Shown here: one piece after another, positions 24,361-37,892 of the stretch
Layout: every line of letters begins with the position of its first letter
How positions within the stretch are numbered: position 1 is the stretch's first letter
Source: Octopus sinensis
Taxonomy: Eukaryota
Length of the DNA: 64,000 nucleotides
Direction: 5' to 3'
Assembly (NCBI RefSeq): GCF_006345805.1
Contig: NC_043009.1
Coordinates: 14,198,001-14,262,000 of the forward strand
The notes under the pieces: generated by a model
Told to the model about the DNA's origin: nothing
What the model saw: only the letters and a program-made list of their open reading frames with translations
Database searches by the model: none
Position numbers and translations under genes: made by a program

Positions 24361-25870
24361 TGAGAATGCGTGTCTGTCTGTCTGTGTGTTTCCCTAAAAC
24401 CTGAGAACTACACAACCAATTTCATTCAAATCTTACACATGCCTTACTTAGGGTCCGGGGAGTGTCATCGGCAAAAAGATTTTTTAACTTTTTGCCTAGG
24501 GCGAGCCCACAGCAATATCATATCTTCTCCACTACGACTCCCTAAAACTTGAGAACTACACAACCAATTTCATTCAAATTTTACACATGCCTTACTTAGG
24601 GTCCATGTAGTTTCATGGGCCAAAAAATGTTCAACTTCTTGCCTAGAGCGAGCCTATAGCAATATCATATCTTCTCCGCTATTTCAGTATTACGTGTTAA
24701 AAGTGAAACAAAAACATTTCTCTATTTTATGTCAGATACTTTCACTTTAACAATAAAAATAATAATAACAATTGAATTATATGTAGTAAGTAATAATTAA
24801 AATCAAACTAAATTATAATATAATCGTAACATAACAAAAGTAAAAATAGCAATTGGCATAAAATTGCATCAATTACTTGAACTTGAATAAGTGGTTTCAC
24901 ATGAATGGGAATAAATCAAAAATAAAATTAGCGTGCAGAAATGGAATAGTCCAGATGGAGCTGTGATTTTACATTAGATTATCTGCTAATTAGCTAGCAT
25001 TAAGTATCTATATGAAGTTTGGCTGTATGTAATATCTGTTTTCTCGAACAGCCGCTTCTACAGAGCACTGCTGTTGGTTTATTTCTTATACATAAAGGAC
25101 TAAAGCTTCAACTGCTTACTGCTTTCTGGTTCATCGTAAGGTTTGTTGTTATTATTATTACTGTTTAACTATTGTTATCACGTTTGTCGGGTCCTCGTAA
25201 AGGAAACATTGTTGTGTTGCATTTGTTAAATAATTGTAAACTGTAACCCTCCCCCTTTGGGAGAGGGAGCTTTGGTTATTGTGTAAAAATTGAATTGTGC
25301 CCCCGTTTGACAATATTTTCACCGTTTACACGGAAGCATTTTTGTTAGAATGCCTTCGATAGAAGAAAGTCCAAAAATGAATTTCGCTGCAGCCGTCGGT
25401 GGGCGCGAACTCATTGAAATTAAAATGGAAGAAATACGGATTGATCACCGACAAAGACGGTGAATGTAGGATAACACCACCAAATGAAATAAGAAATTAA
25501 ATTAAAGAAAAAACTATTGTCTATAAAGTATACAATGTAGAGAAAAAAAAGATTTGAACACCTGGAGGAAAGCACCATCGAAAAGTGTCTTGGTGCGACT
25601 ATGAAAGATATCTAACTAGAGGCGGTAAATTCGCCACAATAGAAGCAAGGTACGAGTCAACGAAGCGTGCAAGGGAGTACTCGACTCGAACCTTGCAAAG
25701 TGGAAATATTTTATTTTTACCTTTATATCATTTGGACGGTAAAAATACGAATTCTGTTGACGAGGTCAGAACAGTACTGGGGGACTATTTTTCGTCACAG
25801 ACAAGTGAATTTTGAAAACGGTGCCCTGCATGTTTACCAGAGAGATGGAAGGGCATTGTAGAAAATGAAG
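24350..25870 (+). mobile_element. Helitron-like relic with an internal ~147-bp tandem duplication
   Basis: The start TATATAAAACTGAGAATG-(TGTC)n...GAACTACACAACCAATTTCATTCAAAT resembles non-autonomous Helitron 5' ends. The block is duplicated (24391-24538, 24539-24680). Decayed peptides EIFYFYL / NSVDEVRTVLG near 25700-25790 resemble RepHel 'ERFYLR..S.EDLRTV.G'. The 3' end was not located. Confidence 0.45.
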
Positions 25871-26427
25871 GAGAGTATATTTCAGCTTAAAAAAGAACCT
25901 TGTTTATCTTAATTTTGAAACATAAGTGTTAAAAAACCACATTATTTATGGAATGACCCAATATATGTAAATATGTGTGTATGTGTACATATATATGCAT
26001 GTTTGTGTATGAATGAGTGTTTATATAGATACATTTCCCTGCTTCTAGTCACTTTCCCTTGGACAAATATATATTTATTATGTCGAAGGAAATATAATCT
26101 TGCTTCATAGTTTTATTTCGTTTCTACATCATTAACTGTTTACGTGAGGACTATCCTAAACCAATCAGCATTAATGATAAACGCTGCGAGTACTTTTCTC
26201 TAAACACCAATTTCATACCCTCATTCGTTTAACTTCTCTGCGGGGTAAGTGTATTCCATGCATACCTATGTCAGAGGAATCATAATAACTATTTGGTTGT
26301 GGAATCGTATATTTTCTGCTTATTTCTCAGTAATTACAGGAATTTTGAAAATTACACCATTTCAGCTATGTAATTCCGTGTGAGCTGGACGCACGCACGC
26401 ACACACGCACACACACACACACGCACA

Positions 26428-26471
<44 letters not shown>

Positions 26472-26555
26472 ACACACACACACAAACACATACACATACA
26501 CACGCACGCGCGCGAGCGAGAACAATCCTTATTTCGCTTTGGTTTAATGATACTG

Positions 26556-26792
26556 GTGAAAGGCGGCGAGCTGGCAGAACCGTTAGCACGCCGGGCGAAA
26601 TGCGTAGCCGTATTTCGTCTGCCGTTACGTTCTGAGTTCAAATTCCGCCGAGGTCGACTTTGCTTTTCATCCTTTCGGGGTCGATAAATTAAGTACCAAT
26701 TACGCTCTGGGGTCGATGTAATCGACTTAATCCGTTTATCTGTCGTTGTTTGTTCCCTCTGTGTTTAGCCCCTTGTGGGTAATAAAGAAAGA
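26556..26792 (+). mobile_element. SINE family 2 with TSD
   Basis: Near-consensus copy. TSD GGT(T/A)TAATGATACTG at 26541-26555 and 26793-26807. Confidence 0.85.
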
Positions 26793-26864
26793 GGTATAAT
26801 GATACTGGTGTTAGAACCCAGTGTGCTTCAGAAAAAAAAAAACGTCAGTAGAGCACAAAGAAGT

Positions 26865-27072
26865 AATAAGAAATGAAATAAATGACAAGGTAATAAGAAA
26901 TTATGACATGAACTTCATTAGGTTACAGCTGTTTCTGCTATAAGATGCAATGCAGTCATATTAAAGTGCTTCTGTATCACCCTATAGCGTCATATCTTAT
27001 ATCCGAAACAGCTGTAAGGTAACGAAGTTCATTACACAATTTATTTCCTTGTCCTTTATTTAGTTTCTTATA
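26865..27072. repeat. Inverted repeat carrying GAAACAGCTGTA hammerhead-like half motifs
   Basis: ATGAACTTCATTAGGTTACAGCTGTTTC versus GAAACAGCTGTAAGGTAACGAAGTTCAT, with further diverged complementary flanks. Confidence 0.6.
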
Positions 27073-30000
27073 TTGTCTTATATTATACATTATATAAATA
27101 TAAACATATGCTTATACATATGTGTCTATGTATATCTGTATACACACACACATACATATCTATGTGCGTGTATGTGTGTATGTGTGTGTGTGTGTGTGTG
27201 TGTCATCTGTTTTTGTGTGTATACATATATATTTATGCTTATGAGTGTATAATGGCGCACGCATAAATATCTGGTTAAAAGGACTGCTAAGTATTTTATA
27301 TCATGTCTGTATCTCGATGTGCTGCTGGCTGGGTGAGATATATTATTACACCAAATCAATACTTTGTGAGAAGGGCAAGCATGGATTTTTTGTGTCCTCA
27401 ATACACACACACACACACACACACACACATACGTACACATACATGCACACACATAGAGACACACATACACCCATACACATACACACACAAATATATTTTG
27501 ATTTTGTATTTGGTTTGCAAGATTCCTTATGTGAATTCGTGTGTTAAAGCATATTTTATTGTGTCTGGGAGGAGTCATGTGTTTTAATTTCTTATTAATT
27601 AACGCACTCACAGGTTCGATATCCACTCATTTACTTATTTATTAAAAAAAAAATCATTGCTTTTTGCAACCTCTTCAACAGTCGTTGACTATATCCGCTA
27701 TCGGAGCTGGGTTCCTTTTGATTGTTTTGTACGCATGTGTGTGCGTCAGTATGCCTGTGTATACACATATGTATGTAAATGATCTAGGTAGGATTTCAAC
27801 TCAGAATATTAAAAGTCAGAACAAATAATCCGTTCTCTTGCAGTCACAAGGCCCGAACATTTGTGCGGCGTTTGGGAAAGCAGATAACATCGACCACAGT
27901 TCTAAACTGGCACTTATTTGATCAAATCCGAAATGATGAAAGGCAAAGTCGACCTCGGCAGAATTTGAAATCATAACATAAAGACGGGACATTATATCCT
28001 TAACCAGACCTCATAAAAATAATACGATTGATTTAATCAAAGAGCCAGCATTTCTGAGGAGGAAGGTATTAATTGATACCAGGAATAGAATAATAAAAGG
28101 CGCATGCTTTCAATAAAAGTTTGTAGTAAAATACGCGTAATTTGCAAGGATGTCTTCCCACTTGAAATTCACTCACATTTCACTGACAATGATGGTTTTT
28201 TAAGTGTCTTGATGAAATCTGGCATTAAATGACAAAACACTGCTATGAGAGAACTTTGGCTACTTTAGAGAGAGGACCAAAAAAAAAAAAAAACAAAGAT
28301 TGATTGAAGAGATAGCGCCAAGAAAATTAGATTATAGCGATAGAGAAGTTTGAAAATTTATAGTTCAAGTTTAAACCAAATAATCGTGACTTACGTTATT
28401 GTGAAACGATTGAGACCGTATCTCTAAACTTTAATTGTTTGGTGCAATGTTCGAATACACCATACGAAATAGACCGTCAGAAACAGGAAAGAGCGAAATG
28501 CTTAAGTCTTGGCTGCCTAATAACTCAGCTGAATTACAATTAGGAAATGCCATGGTAGGAGTAATAGGATTGATATTATGGAGATAATTACATTTGTTTA
28601 GAAGGGTTTTTAACATTATCCTCTGATTAAATATTAGCATTGATCAATATCGAACCATAGAAGTTACTCATTGCAGTCTTTGACACTTTCACTGCAGAAC
28701 ATATTGATTGTGAGAGAGACTGATTCATTCCGAGCACGTAATTTATTGATATTTTATTTCGTGAAGCCAGCAATGAATTACCCCTATTCAGCTAATTAAA
28801 ATTTGTTCTTGGATTTCACAATGTCTTAAGACAATAATCCATCAATACTTGAGAATTTTGAAAATTTAGAAATAATAACTGTTGCCATTTTTTTTTGGTA
28901 AAAAAAAAAAAAAATTGCGACAGATTGCTGAATTAAGAAAACATACGATACAATTTGACTTCCTTAATTTAATCTATTTAAGCAAAGTAATTTGTTTCCC
29001 TAATATAATAATTTTGATTTTGAAAATCTAATAAATTCTGATTTTTGGCGATTAAGCTTACGAAAACTAACTACGCTGGCATCTTCTCGTCTTAAAGAAA
29101 TAATATATAGAAATGAGAAGGATGGCTAAAAAAGGCTTCTTAGAAAACCAAATTTCAAGAAGATATACACTGTTCTGCAAATAAATTTTAAATATTTGGT
29201 CCCATAATGGGGCCTTGCTGCATATTTCATCTATCTTTCAATGAAAATAATATACCTCTTAATCAGTTGTTTTGGTATCTTATAGATATAGAATAAAACT
29301 ATTTCAAAGTAGAATCACCGATGCCCATATTTATGGAGGATATTCAATCGAATTTCACGGCCCACATTATCAAATACAAAAGAATCACAGATACGAATAG
29401 ATCTATGGAGGATATCTATCTAATCAAAATTCTTGGTCCACTGCATCAATTCAGCAATGGGATAAGCAATAATCATGTTGTAAAATTTTCCATATACAAT
29501 TCAAGATGGTGAATATAGTAATCAACATTACTTCATTAAGATTTACTCGTTTACTAACTTGAAATTTAAAAAAAATCATAAAAATCAAGTGGCAGTTTTT
29601 CACTGTTGATCTTGAATTACTTCTTATTCCACTATAATTTTCCGGTGTCTATTCACAGAAATCTACATCTGAAATGTTCGGCGCAATGTAGCTGGCTGTC
29701 TTTCCCGTCTTCCTCCTTCTCCTTTTGTTGTTCACATTAGTTCTGCTTTTGCATATTGAAAACCGTTCGCTTTCTTCACCCAGTGAGTATGCACCCCTCG
29801 TTTTTTCATAAAACTATGTCTTATTTTCATTACGACCATGGTTCAAAGTTCTTAGAGGTTCTCAAACATCAGTTGTAAAAACAACTTATGTCTTTGAGAT
29901 TTTCGTAGCTCACCCAAGTTTTCCCCGCATATAACGCTGATTGTATTGTATAGGGTGGACTTTGATGTCACTGTCCTGCCTGTTCGTGAAGCAGATTGTT

Positions 30001-30708
30001 AAATACGCTTGATATACTCTAGGGGTCTCATAGAAAGCTTCACTGAGCTGACAGTGGTATGTTTACACTTTTGCTATAAACAAGAATGTTTTCCTCTGCA
30101 ATAAACTGCAGTGAAATTGCCTTCAGAAGTTAAAATATCAGAAACATTTGAACTAACCTAAACTTTGATATAATCTCTTTAAAATGCTACCATTAAACAT
30201 GGCCGGCACGTAATGGACTTGAGGTGGATGAACAGAGACACAGATTTTTTTTTTATCAGTTGTTGCGTCAAGTACTTAAATCAACTGCATTAATAGCCAC
30301 AAGAAAGACATTCTGTACAACGAGACTCAGTTTCCATAAATGTGGTGAATAAGTATCAAATTTTCTCGTAAAAGTTCCTCCTATAATATGGAAAAAATTT
30401 TCATCCAAAACAGAAACTTGGTATCTAACGTAAAAGGTTTTATGTGAACTAATTCAGGTGTCAGACGGATTAATTTGTACATCGCATAAACCACAATTAT
30501 CCTTGCTGCTAAGTGTTGCCACCACATCACTACCTGTAATAATTTCTAGCATTAGCACGACCACTACCTCCCCCACAACCACAACAATAACCACCAGTGA
30601 AAATCATTATTTCCATCAACAATAGTGTCACCAGCACCACCATTCTACGTATCGCCAGTATCGCCAGTATCACTAGTATCATCACCACCAACCAAATATC
30701 ATCATATC

Positions 30709-30932
30709 AATAACGGACTGTACCAACCAAAAAGATCCTGTGTTGGTAGAATCGAATTTCAGAAGCTTAATGAAACAAGCTCAGCAGACATACGTCCTAT
30801 CCCAATATTCATGAACTTCTAATAACGGACTGTACCAACCAAAAAGATCCTGTGTTGGTAGAATCGAATTTCAGAAGCTTAATGAAACAAGCTCAGCAGA
30901 CATACGTCCTATCCCAATATTCATGAACTTCT
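30709..30932. repeat. Perfect 112-bp tandem duplication
   Basis: AATAACGGACTGTACC...ATGAACTTCT is repeated at 30709-30820 and 30821-30932. Confidence 0.92.
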
Positions 30933-32219
30933 AAGTTGTAGGTCTTGTTTTCTTATTCCACATACATCATTCACGTTACACTGTTAATTTAATGTTAACA
31001 TGCGACTGATGACAAATTCTAATTGCTAGTGACGTGTTACCTCTAAAGGGATCGTGTTACCAGACATTTTCATCCCACCTCGTCCAATCCCGTTTTTTGA
31101 TTCTCTCACATTTCGACGTGACTATATAACCATAGAAAACTGGCAACCTCCAAAATTACCTCCCACTCTCTCCTAAATCTTCTCCCACTCTCTCATAAAT
31201 CTTCTCCTTCTGCTAATTTCATACTGTTTATCATTTTCTATAAAGTGTTCCCATTTCTCTTCATCCACATGGATTCTATTTTAACTGTTTTTCTAACCGA
31301 TTATCTCTATACGGTTATGATGATAGTGGTAATAGTGATGGTGGCAATGATGATGATTGCGGCGGGGTTATTGGTGTTGATGACAATGGATGCGCTCTGG
31401 AAGTGGTGGTATTTATGGTGGGGATGAGGGTTGTTTAGCGGGAGGTGGGTGACAATGGTAAGGAGTTGACAGCGTTAGAGGTGGCAATAGTGAAGATGGT
31501 GATGATTTGTGGCTATGGTAGCAGCGCTATTGACAGTCGTAAATATGATTATCGTGGTGACACTAATGTAAAAGGTGATAATGACCTCTACTGGAGTCAG
31601 TTGTTTTGAGGATAACGTCGTTACAAATAGTAGTGATGCTGAAGGAGGAGGTGTTGCTGTGGTGATGTGGCGATAATGCTTTTGAATGTGATCAGTTTCG
31701 TAAGCTGTTGTGAATATGAATACAGTGGTCTCAAAAATATGATACTAGTGTGTTATAATAGTAATGTTGTTAAATATGATAACAACGGTGGTATTATGGG
31801 CTTAATGCTGTTGTAGGTAGTAAGACAAGTAGAATCAGAAGTCTTTCCCCCCTTTGGATGGAATTTATGTATATCGACAGTAGAGTTGATAACTATGTTT
31901 GATGTTATCTGTGTGTGTGTCTCTGTGTGTAAGTACATGCGTTTGTGTTCATTGCTATATGTTTTTAAATATGATAATATATGTATATGTGTATGTATGT
32001 CTGTAATTTGATATCTATGTTCAGTACTTTTGAGTCTGTTTATACGCTTTGTATATTGGCAGATGTTTCTTTATTTTCTTGTCTTTACTCATATCCGTCT
32101 GCCTGTGCTTTTGAAGGTGTCTACTAAATAATGACGAAAATGTTGATTTATATAGTTGCTTGTGTGTTTTAACCTGTGTATAATATATCTATCTATCTAT
32201 CTATATATCTATCTATCTT

Positions 32220-32298
<79 letters not shown>

Positions 32299-33274
32299 GC
32301 CTAGGAATACCTGACCCGCCTGTTTCAAACGACTTTCGGCCCGGGACCTATGGACAACTTCCAGAGATCCCTGGCCTGGCGGTGCTACCGAGAAGCGCTA
32401 CCCGTTCGGGATAAGCTCTATAGGCATGGCTCGAGAAACACGGGGCCGACCTGCCCGAGATGCGGGCAGAGCGACGAAATCGCTCTGCACGCAATCGTGC
32501 AGTGTCCAGCAATTTCCCACCTGTGGGCTTATGTCGAACGACTGCTGTCACGTGTGGGACGTGTCGGTTTATCCGCCGAGTCTATCGTTAATATCGTCAC
32601 GCCTCCTTCCTTCAAACGGGAAGGAAGAGCTATTTTTATCATACTTGTGGCTATGGCGAAAGAATGTATCTGGTGGACGCGTCTGAAAGGATTAGAGACA
32701 AACACTTTCCTCTCTGGTCAATCTCTCATCAACTTCTTCAAGTATCACTTGAAGAAAAAAGTGAGAGTAGAGAGGCAAGTTTTGTCTAGTGAATGTTTTA
32801 AAAAAAGATGGGTGAATGTAGCAAGGATGGCACGTATGAATGACGAAGCCACCTTGACTATGATTCTATGAACCGTAAAAATTAATACAGAGAGTTGCTT
32901 ATTTGCAAAAAAAAAAGAAATATAACATGTGACTTCATTGACCGAGGTTACCGTGGTCTTTTCCGTAGGCTTTTCTTTCCACGGGTAAACCTCACCTGTC
33001 CTCCCCTTTACACTTCATATTGACATTTCTGTGATAACGATCCCTATTGATCAATTTTTTTTCCTCTCCCCTTTTTTTTAACCCCCCCCCCCCTTTTTTG
33101 TCCTCTTTCTCTCCTTTTACGATCCCTTTTGATCGACCCCCCCTTTTTTATTTTATTTTATTTTTTATTTTATTATTTTTTTTATTTTTTTATTTTTTTA
33201 AACCTTCAAAAGAAAAGCTCTACCTTGTAATTTGTTCTATCTGTGTGCAGCCCTGTGTGGCTAATAAAGAAACA
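32299..33274 (+). mobile_element. 5'-truncated Tx1/L1-clade LINE (zf-RVT C-terminus + 3' UTR)
   Basis: ORF 32350-32871 contains LAWR...ALPV..KL...CPRCGQSDEIALHAIVQCP (CCHC zf-RVT). The 3' UTR ends AATAAAGAAACA. (TATC)n lies on both sides. Confidence 0.85.
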
Positions 33275-33319
<45 letters not shown>

Positions 33320-33320
33320 C

Positions 33321-33359
<39 letters not shown>

Positions 33360-33869
33360 CTCTCTCTATATATATATATCTAGCTATCTATCTATCTACC
33401 TATCTATCTATTTATCTGTCTGTCTGTCTGTCAGTCTGCCTGCTTCTCTGTCTGCACTTCTGCCTGTCTCTGTCTATCTGTGTGTGTGTCATTCTCTCAG
33501 CTTATACCTGTGTGCGTGTTTCACTGATGGTTCTAACACAACTGTCAATCATATAAACCCCGGAAGAGTCCTCCCCTGTTTACTATGCGTGTGGATGTCA
33601 AAATCAGTAGAGCGGTAGACGACGAACTACTTTTTTCACAATTTGGCCCTGATCCACGTTGTCTTTCAGTACTCTCAGACCAACAAACTACGAACTTACT
33701 GATACGTTAAGTATTGCAGTCGAAAGAAGCAAACATAAATTAGAAAACGTTGTCACAGCATGGCCTCAGCGACTGCTACTCGCAACCACGAATACATATT
33801 ATTTTACGAGATGGGAAATACTGATTAATATTCTCTAAATATTTCTTTTGAATGGTACTGTAAAAGCGG

Positions 33870-34173
33870 GTGAAGGCGTGTGGCTTAATGGTTAGGGTAT
33901 CCGGTTCACAATCGTAAGGTCGTGAATTCAATTCCCGGCGACACGCTGTGTCCTTGAGCAAGAAACTTTATTTCAAAAAGGCGGCGAACAGGCAGGAGCA
34001 TAGCCATTACGTTCTGAGTTCAAATTCCGCCGAGGTCGACTTTGCCTTTCATCCTTTCGGGGTCGATAAATAAGTACCAGTTACGCACTGGGGTCGATAT
34101 TATCGACTTAATCCGTTTGTCTGTCCTTGTTAGTCTTCTCTGTGTTTAGTCCCTTGTGGGTAGTAAAGAAATA
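33870..34173 (+). mobile_element. Chimeric SINE (different tRNA head fused to a family-2 body) with 16-bp TSD
   Basis: TSD GGTACTGTAAAAGCGG at 33854-33869 and 34174-34189 encloses both parts. Confidence 0.8.
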
Positions 34174-34579
34174 GGTACTGTAAAAGCGGTAGAATATCGC
34201 AAAAAAACCGTGTATTATTGCAGAATTTCACATTCTGAGTCCAAATGTTGACAAGGACAACATTACCTTTATTTTATATGACATCAGTTAGGAAGAGGGT
34301 TCAATAAAATCCCCTGTTCTATAAAATCCTCTTTCCCCCACTTCCTATTTCCGACTTCCTGCTTATATCAGCAGCCAATATTCTTTGATCTTTCATAAAT
34401 TGTTTAATCTAATGTAATCTGAAGTGAACCATTGGAGTGTCTGATTGAACACAACATATGACTCTCGACAAAAAGTTGTTACATATATTTGGTGTATAAA
34501 CAGAATAATGGACAACAATTAAAGGATTAGTTCCGTTGTCAATACCTGGGCATGTATAGAGGCGTCGAACTGGGAGAAT

Positions 34580-34960
34580 CATAAACGCGCCAGGCAAAAT
34601 GGTTAGGGGCATTTCCTCCATCTTTACGATCTGTGTTCAAATTCTGATGAGGTTGACTTTACCGTTCATTCTCGCGGGGGTCGGTAAATTAAGTACTAGT
34701 TAAGCCATGGATCAGTGTAATTGATTGGTCGTTTGCCAAAATTTTAAACCAATATCTGTACACGTACCGTTGGTGCGCTGGCCGTAGTGCTTAGTGGTAT
34801 TTCGTCCGTTTTTACGTTCTGCGTTCAAATTCCGCCGGGGTCGACTTTCATCCTTTCAGGGTTGATAAAATAAGTACCATTTGAACACTGACGTCAATGT
34901 AATCGATTTGACCTCTCCCCCGCAATCACTGGTCTTGTGCCAAAGTTTGAATTCATTATG
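34580..34960 (+). mobile_element. Diverged SINE family 2 copies
   Basis: Two degenerate GTTCAAATTC...GTCGACTTT...GATAAAATAAGTAC blocks. Confidence 0.6.
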
Positions 34961-35446
34961 TGTGCAAGTATACGCTTATCGATATAAGCATATCTGTCTT
35001 TTTAACAAGTCCGCAAAAGGTTGTAGATGAAAATCTTTTTCAACACTTTTATTCATCTGGACATCTAATGCCTTTTACATTACATTAAGTCTCGCATAAG
35101 TTATATAGTTTTAAATTAGCATTAGAATACCATCGAGAGAGTTGTTTGGGCATTCTGGATGTTTTGAAGCATATAGCTCAGCAACCAGCTCCACTTACTT
35201 TAGAAATACGCCAACAAAGGGTCTTAATGTAGTTTATCAACCTGCTAGAAACAACAACAAAATCACACTCAAACCGCGTTCTAAAAATGACTTTCTAAAA
35301 CTAGAAAACCGTTTTGGATATGTAGTTCTGAAAGCGCCAAAGAGAGGATGGTCATAAATGGCAAGTCTTTTATCTTTTTTTTTCATAATGTGTGCTCGAT
35401 TAGGTTTATCTTGAATCACGCCTGAACGTCTCTCATCATATTTTTC

Positions 35447-35852
35447 TATCTTATATCTTTTACTTGTTTCAGTCATTAGACTGCGGCCACCGCCTTGAAG
35501 CATTGTTATCCGAATAAATCGACCCTAATACTTTGTTTCTTAAGCCTGATACTGACTGAATCGGTTACTTTTTTTTGAACCGCTATGTAACGGTAACATA
35601 AACACACCAACATCGGTTGTTAAGCGGTGGTGGTGGAAGGCAAACACAGACACGAATAAACACAAACACACAAAAACACATTCAAACACACATACTACAG
35701 ACTTTTTTTCAGATTTCGTCAACCGAATCCACGTACAAGGTTTTTGTCGGTCCGAGGCTATAGTAGAATAGACTTGCTCATGGTGCCACGCAGTGGAATT
35801 GAACCCGGAACCATGTGGTTAGGCAGCAAATTTAATTACAACACGGCCGCAC
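35447..35852 (-). mobile_element. Diverged SINE family 1
   Basis: TACTTGTTTCAGTCATTAGACTGCGGCC...GGAACCATGTGGTT shared with the other copies. Confidence 0.75.
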
Positions 35853-36474
35853 TTGTTTGAAGATTAGAGCAGATTTGGGTTAAACGACCTCAAAAGTGAA
35901 AGTTCGTTGCTGAAGACTTTATCTTTTACACACCATATCCAGACACAACTCAAGATCTGCAAGAAATATTATGCCACTATTCCAATTCCCTGTATCCATT
36001 GGCCGCTTTAAAAGCTGAAAGCTTACCATAACAACAATTAGCTGCAACAATATGACTTTAACTTCGACTGCCTTTAGCAAGAACAGGAACATGTCAACTC
36101 CTACCAGGTTGCCTGGAGTGATGACAGCGCCTCCTTAGAAAACCTATGTTCAACAAATCAAATTTTAGAAATAAGTTTAAAGTATCTTGCCAGATCATTT
36201 ATATGTCTACTTGATGTCTCAATAGATCCAAACACACATGCGCACGCACGCACACACACAAAACACACATACCCACATACAGATACGTACATACTTAAAA
36301 GGCATGCACACACGCCCCTGTTGCAATCGACTATAAGTTTATATTACATGCACATAATTGCTCCAACTTTAAGGAGTGGAGTCAGAGTAATTCGTGATTT
36401 AGATATGTAAAGCGGTATTTACTATCTTTCTTAGTTCCATCCATCCATCATCATCATCATCATCTCCCTCTTTC

Positions 36475-37500
<1,026 letters not shown>

Positions 37501-37655
37501 TCACGCACACGCATTCGTCTGCACTCAGTTGCAGACGTTTCCACCGGATAAATAGCTTTCATGATAACAAATCAGAACATGATGTTAATTTGAAAAACTT
37601 CAACTAAACAGAAATTCTCTCTTTCTCGGCATACACGCACGCACACTCACACAAT

Positions 37656-37686
<31 letters not shown>

Positions 37687-37854
37687 GCCACACATGTATA
37701 TATATGTATACATAAATATATAGATATATAATATATACATATATTCTACACGAATATATGCATAATGCATATATATACATATATACATACGTGCATACAT
37801 ATATACATATATTTATAGACACTTGTGTGTATGTTTGCGTGTATGTACGTATGA

Positions 37855-37892
<38 letters not shown>

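Noticed and set aside
24391-24680. CRISPR-like or other regularly spaced array
   Set aside because: Only a two-unit tandem duplication inside a eukaryotic transposon relic; no repeat-spacer structure or cas genes anywhere in the window.
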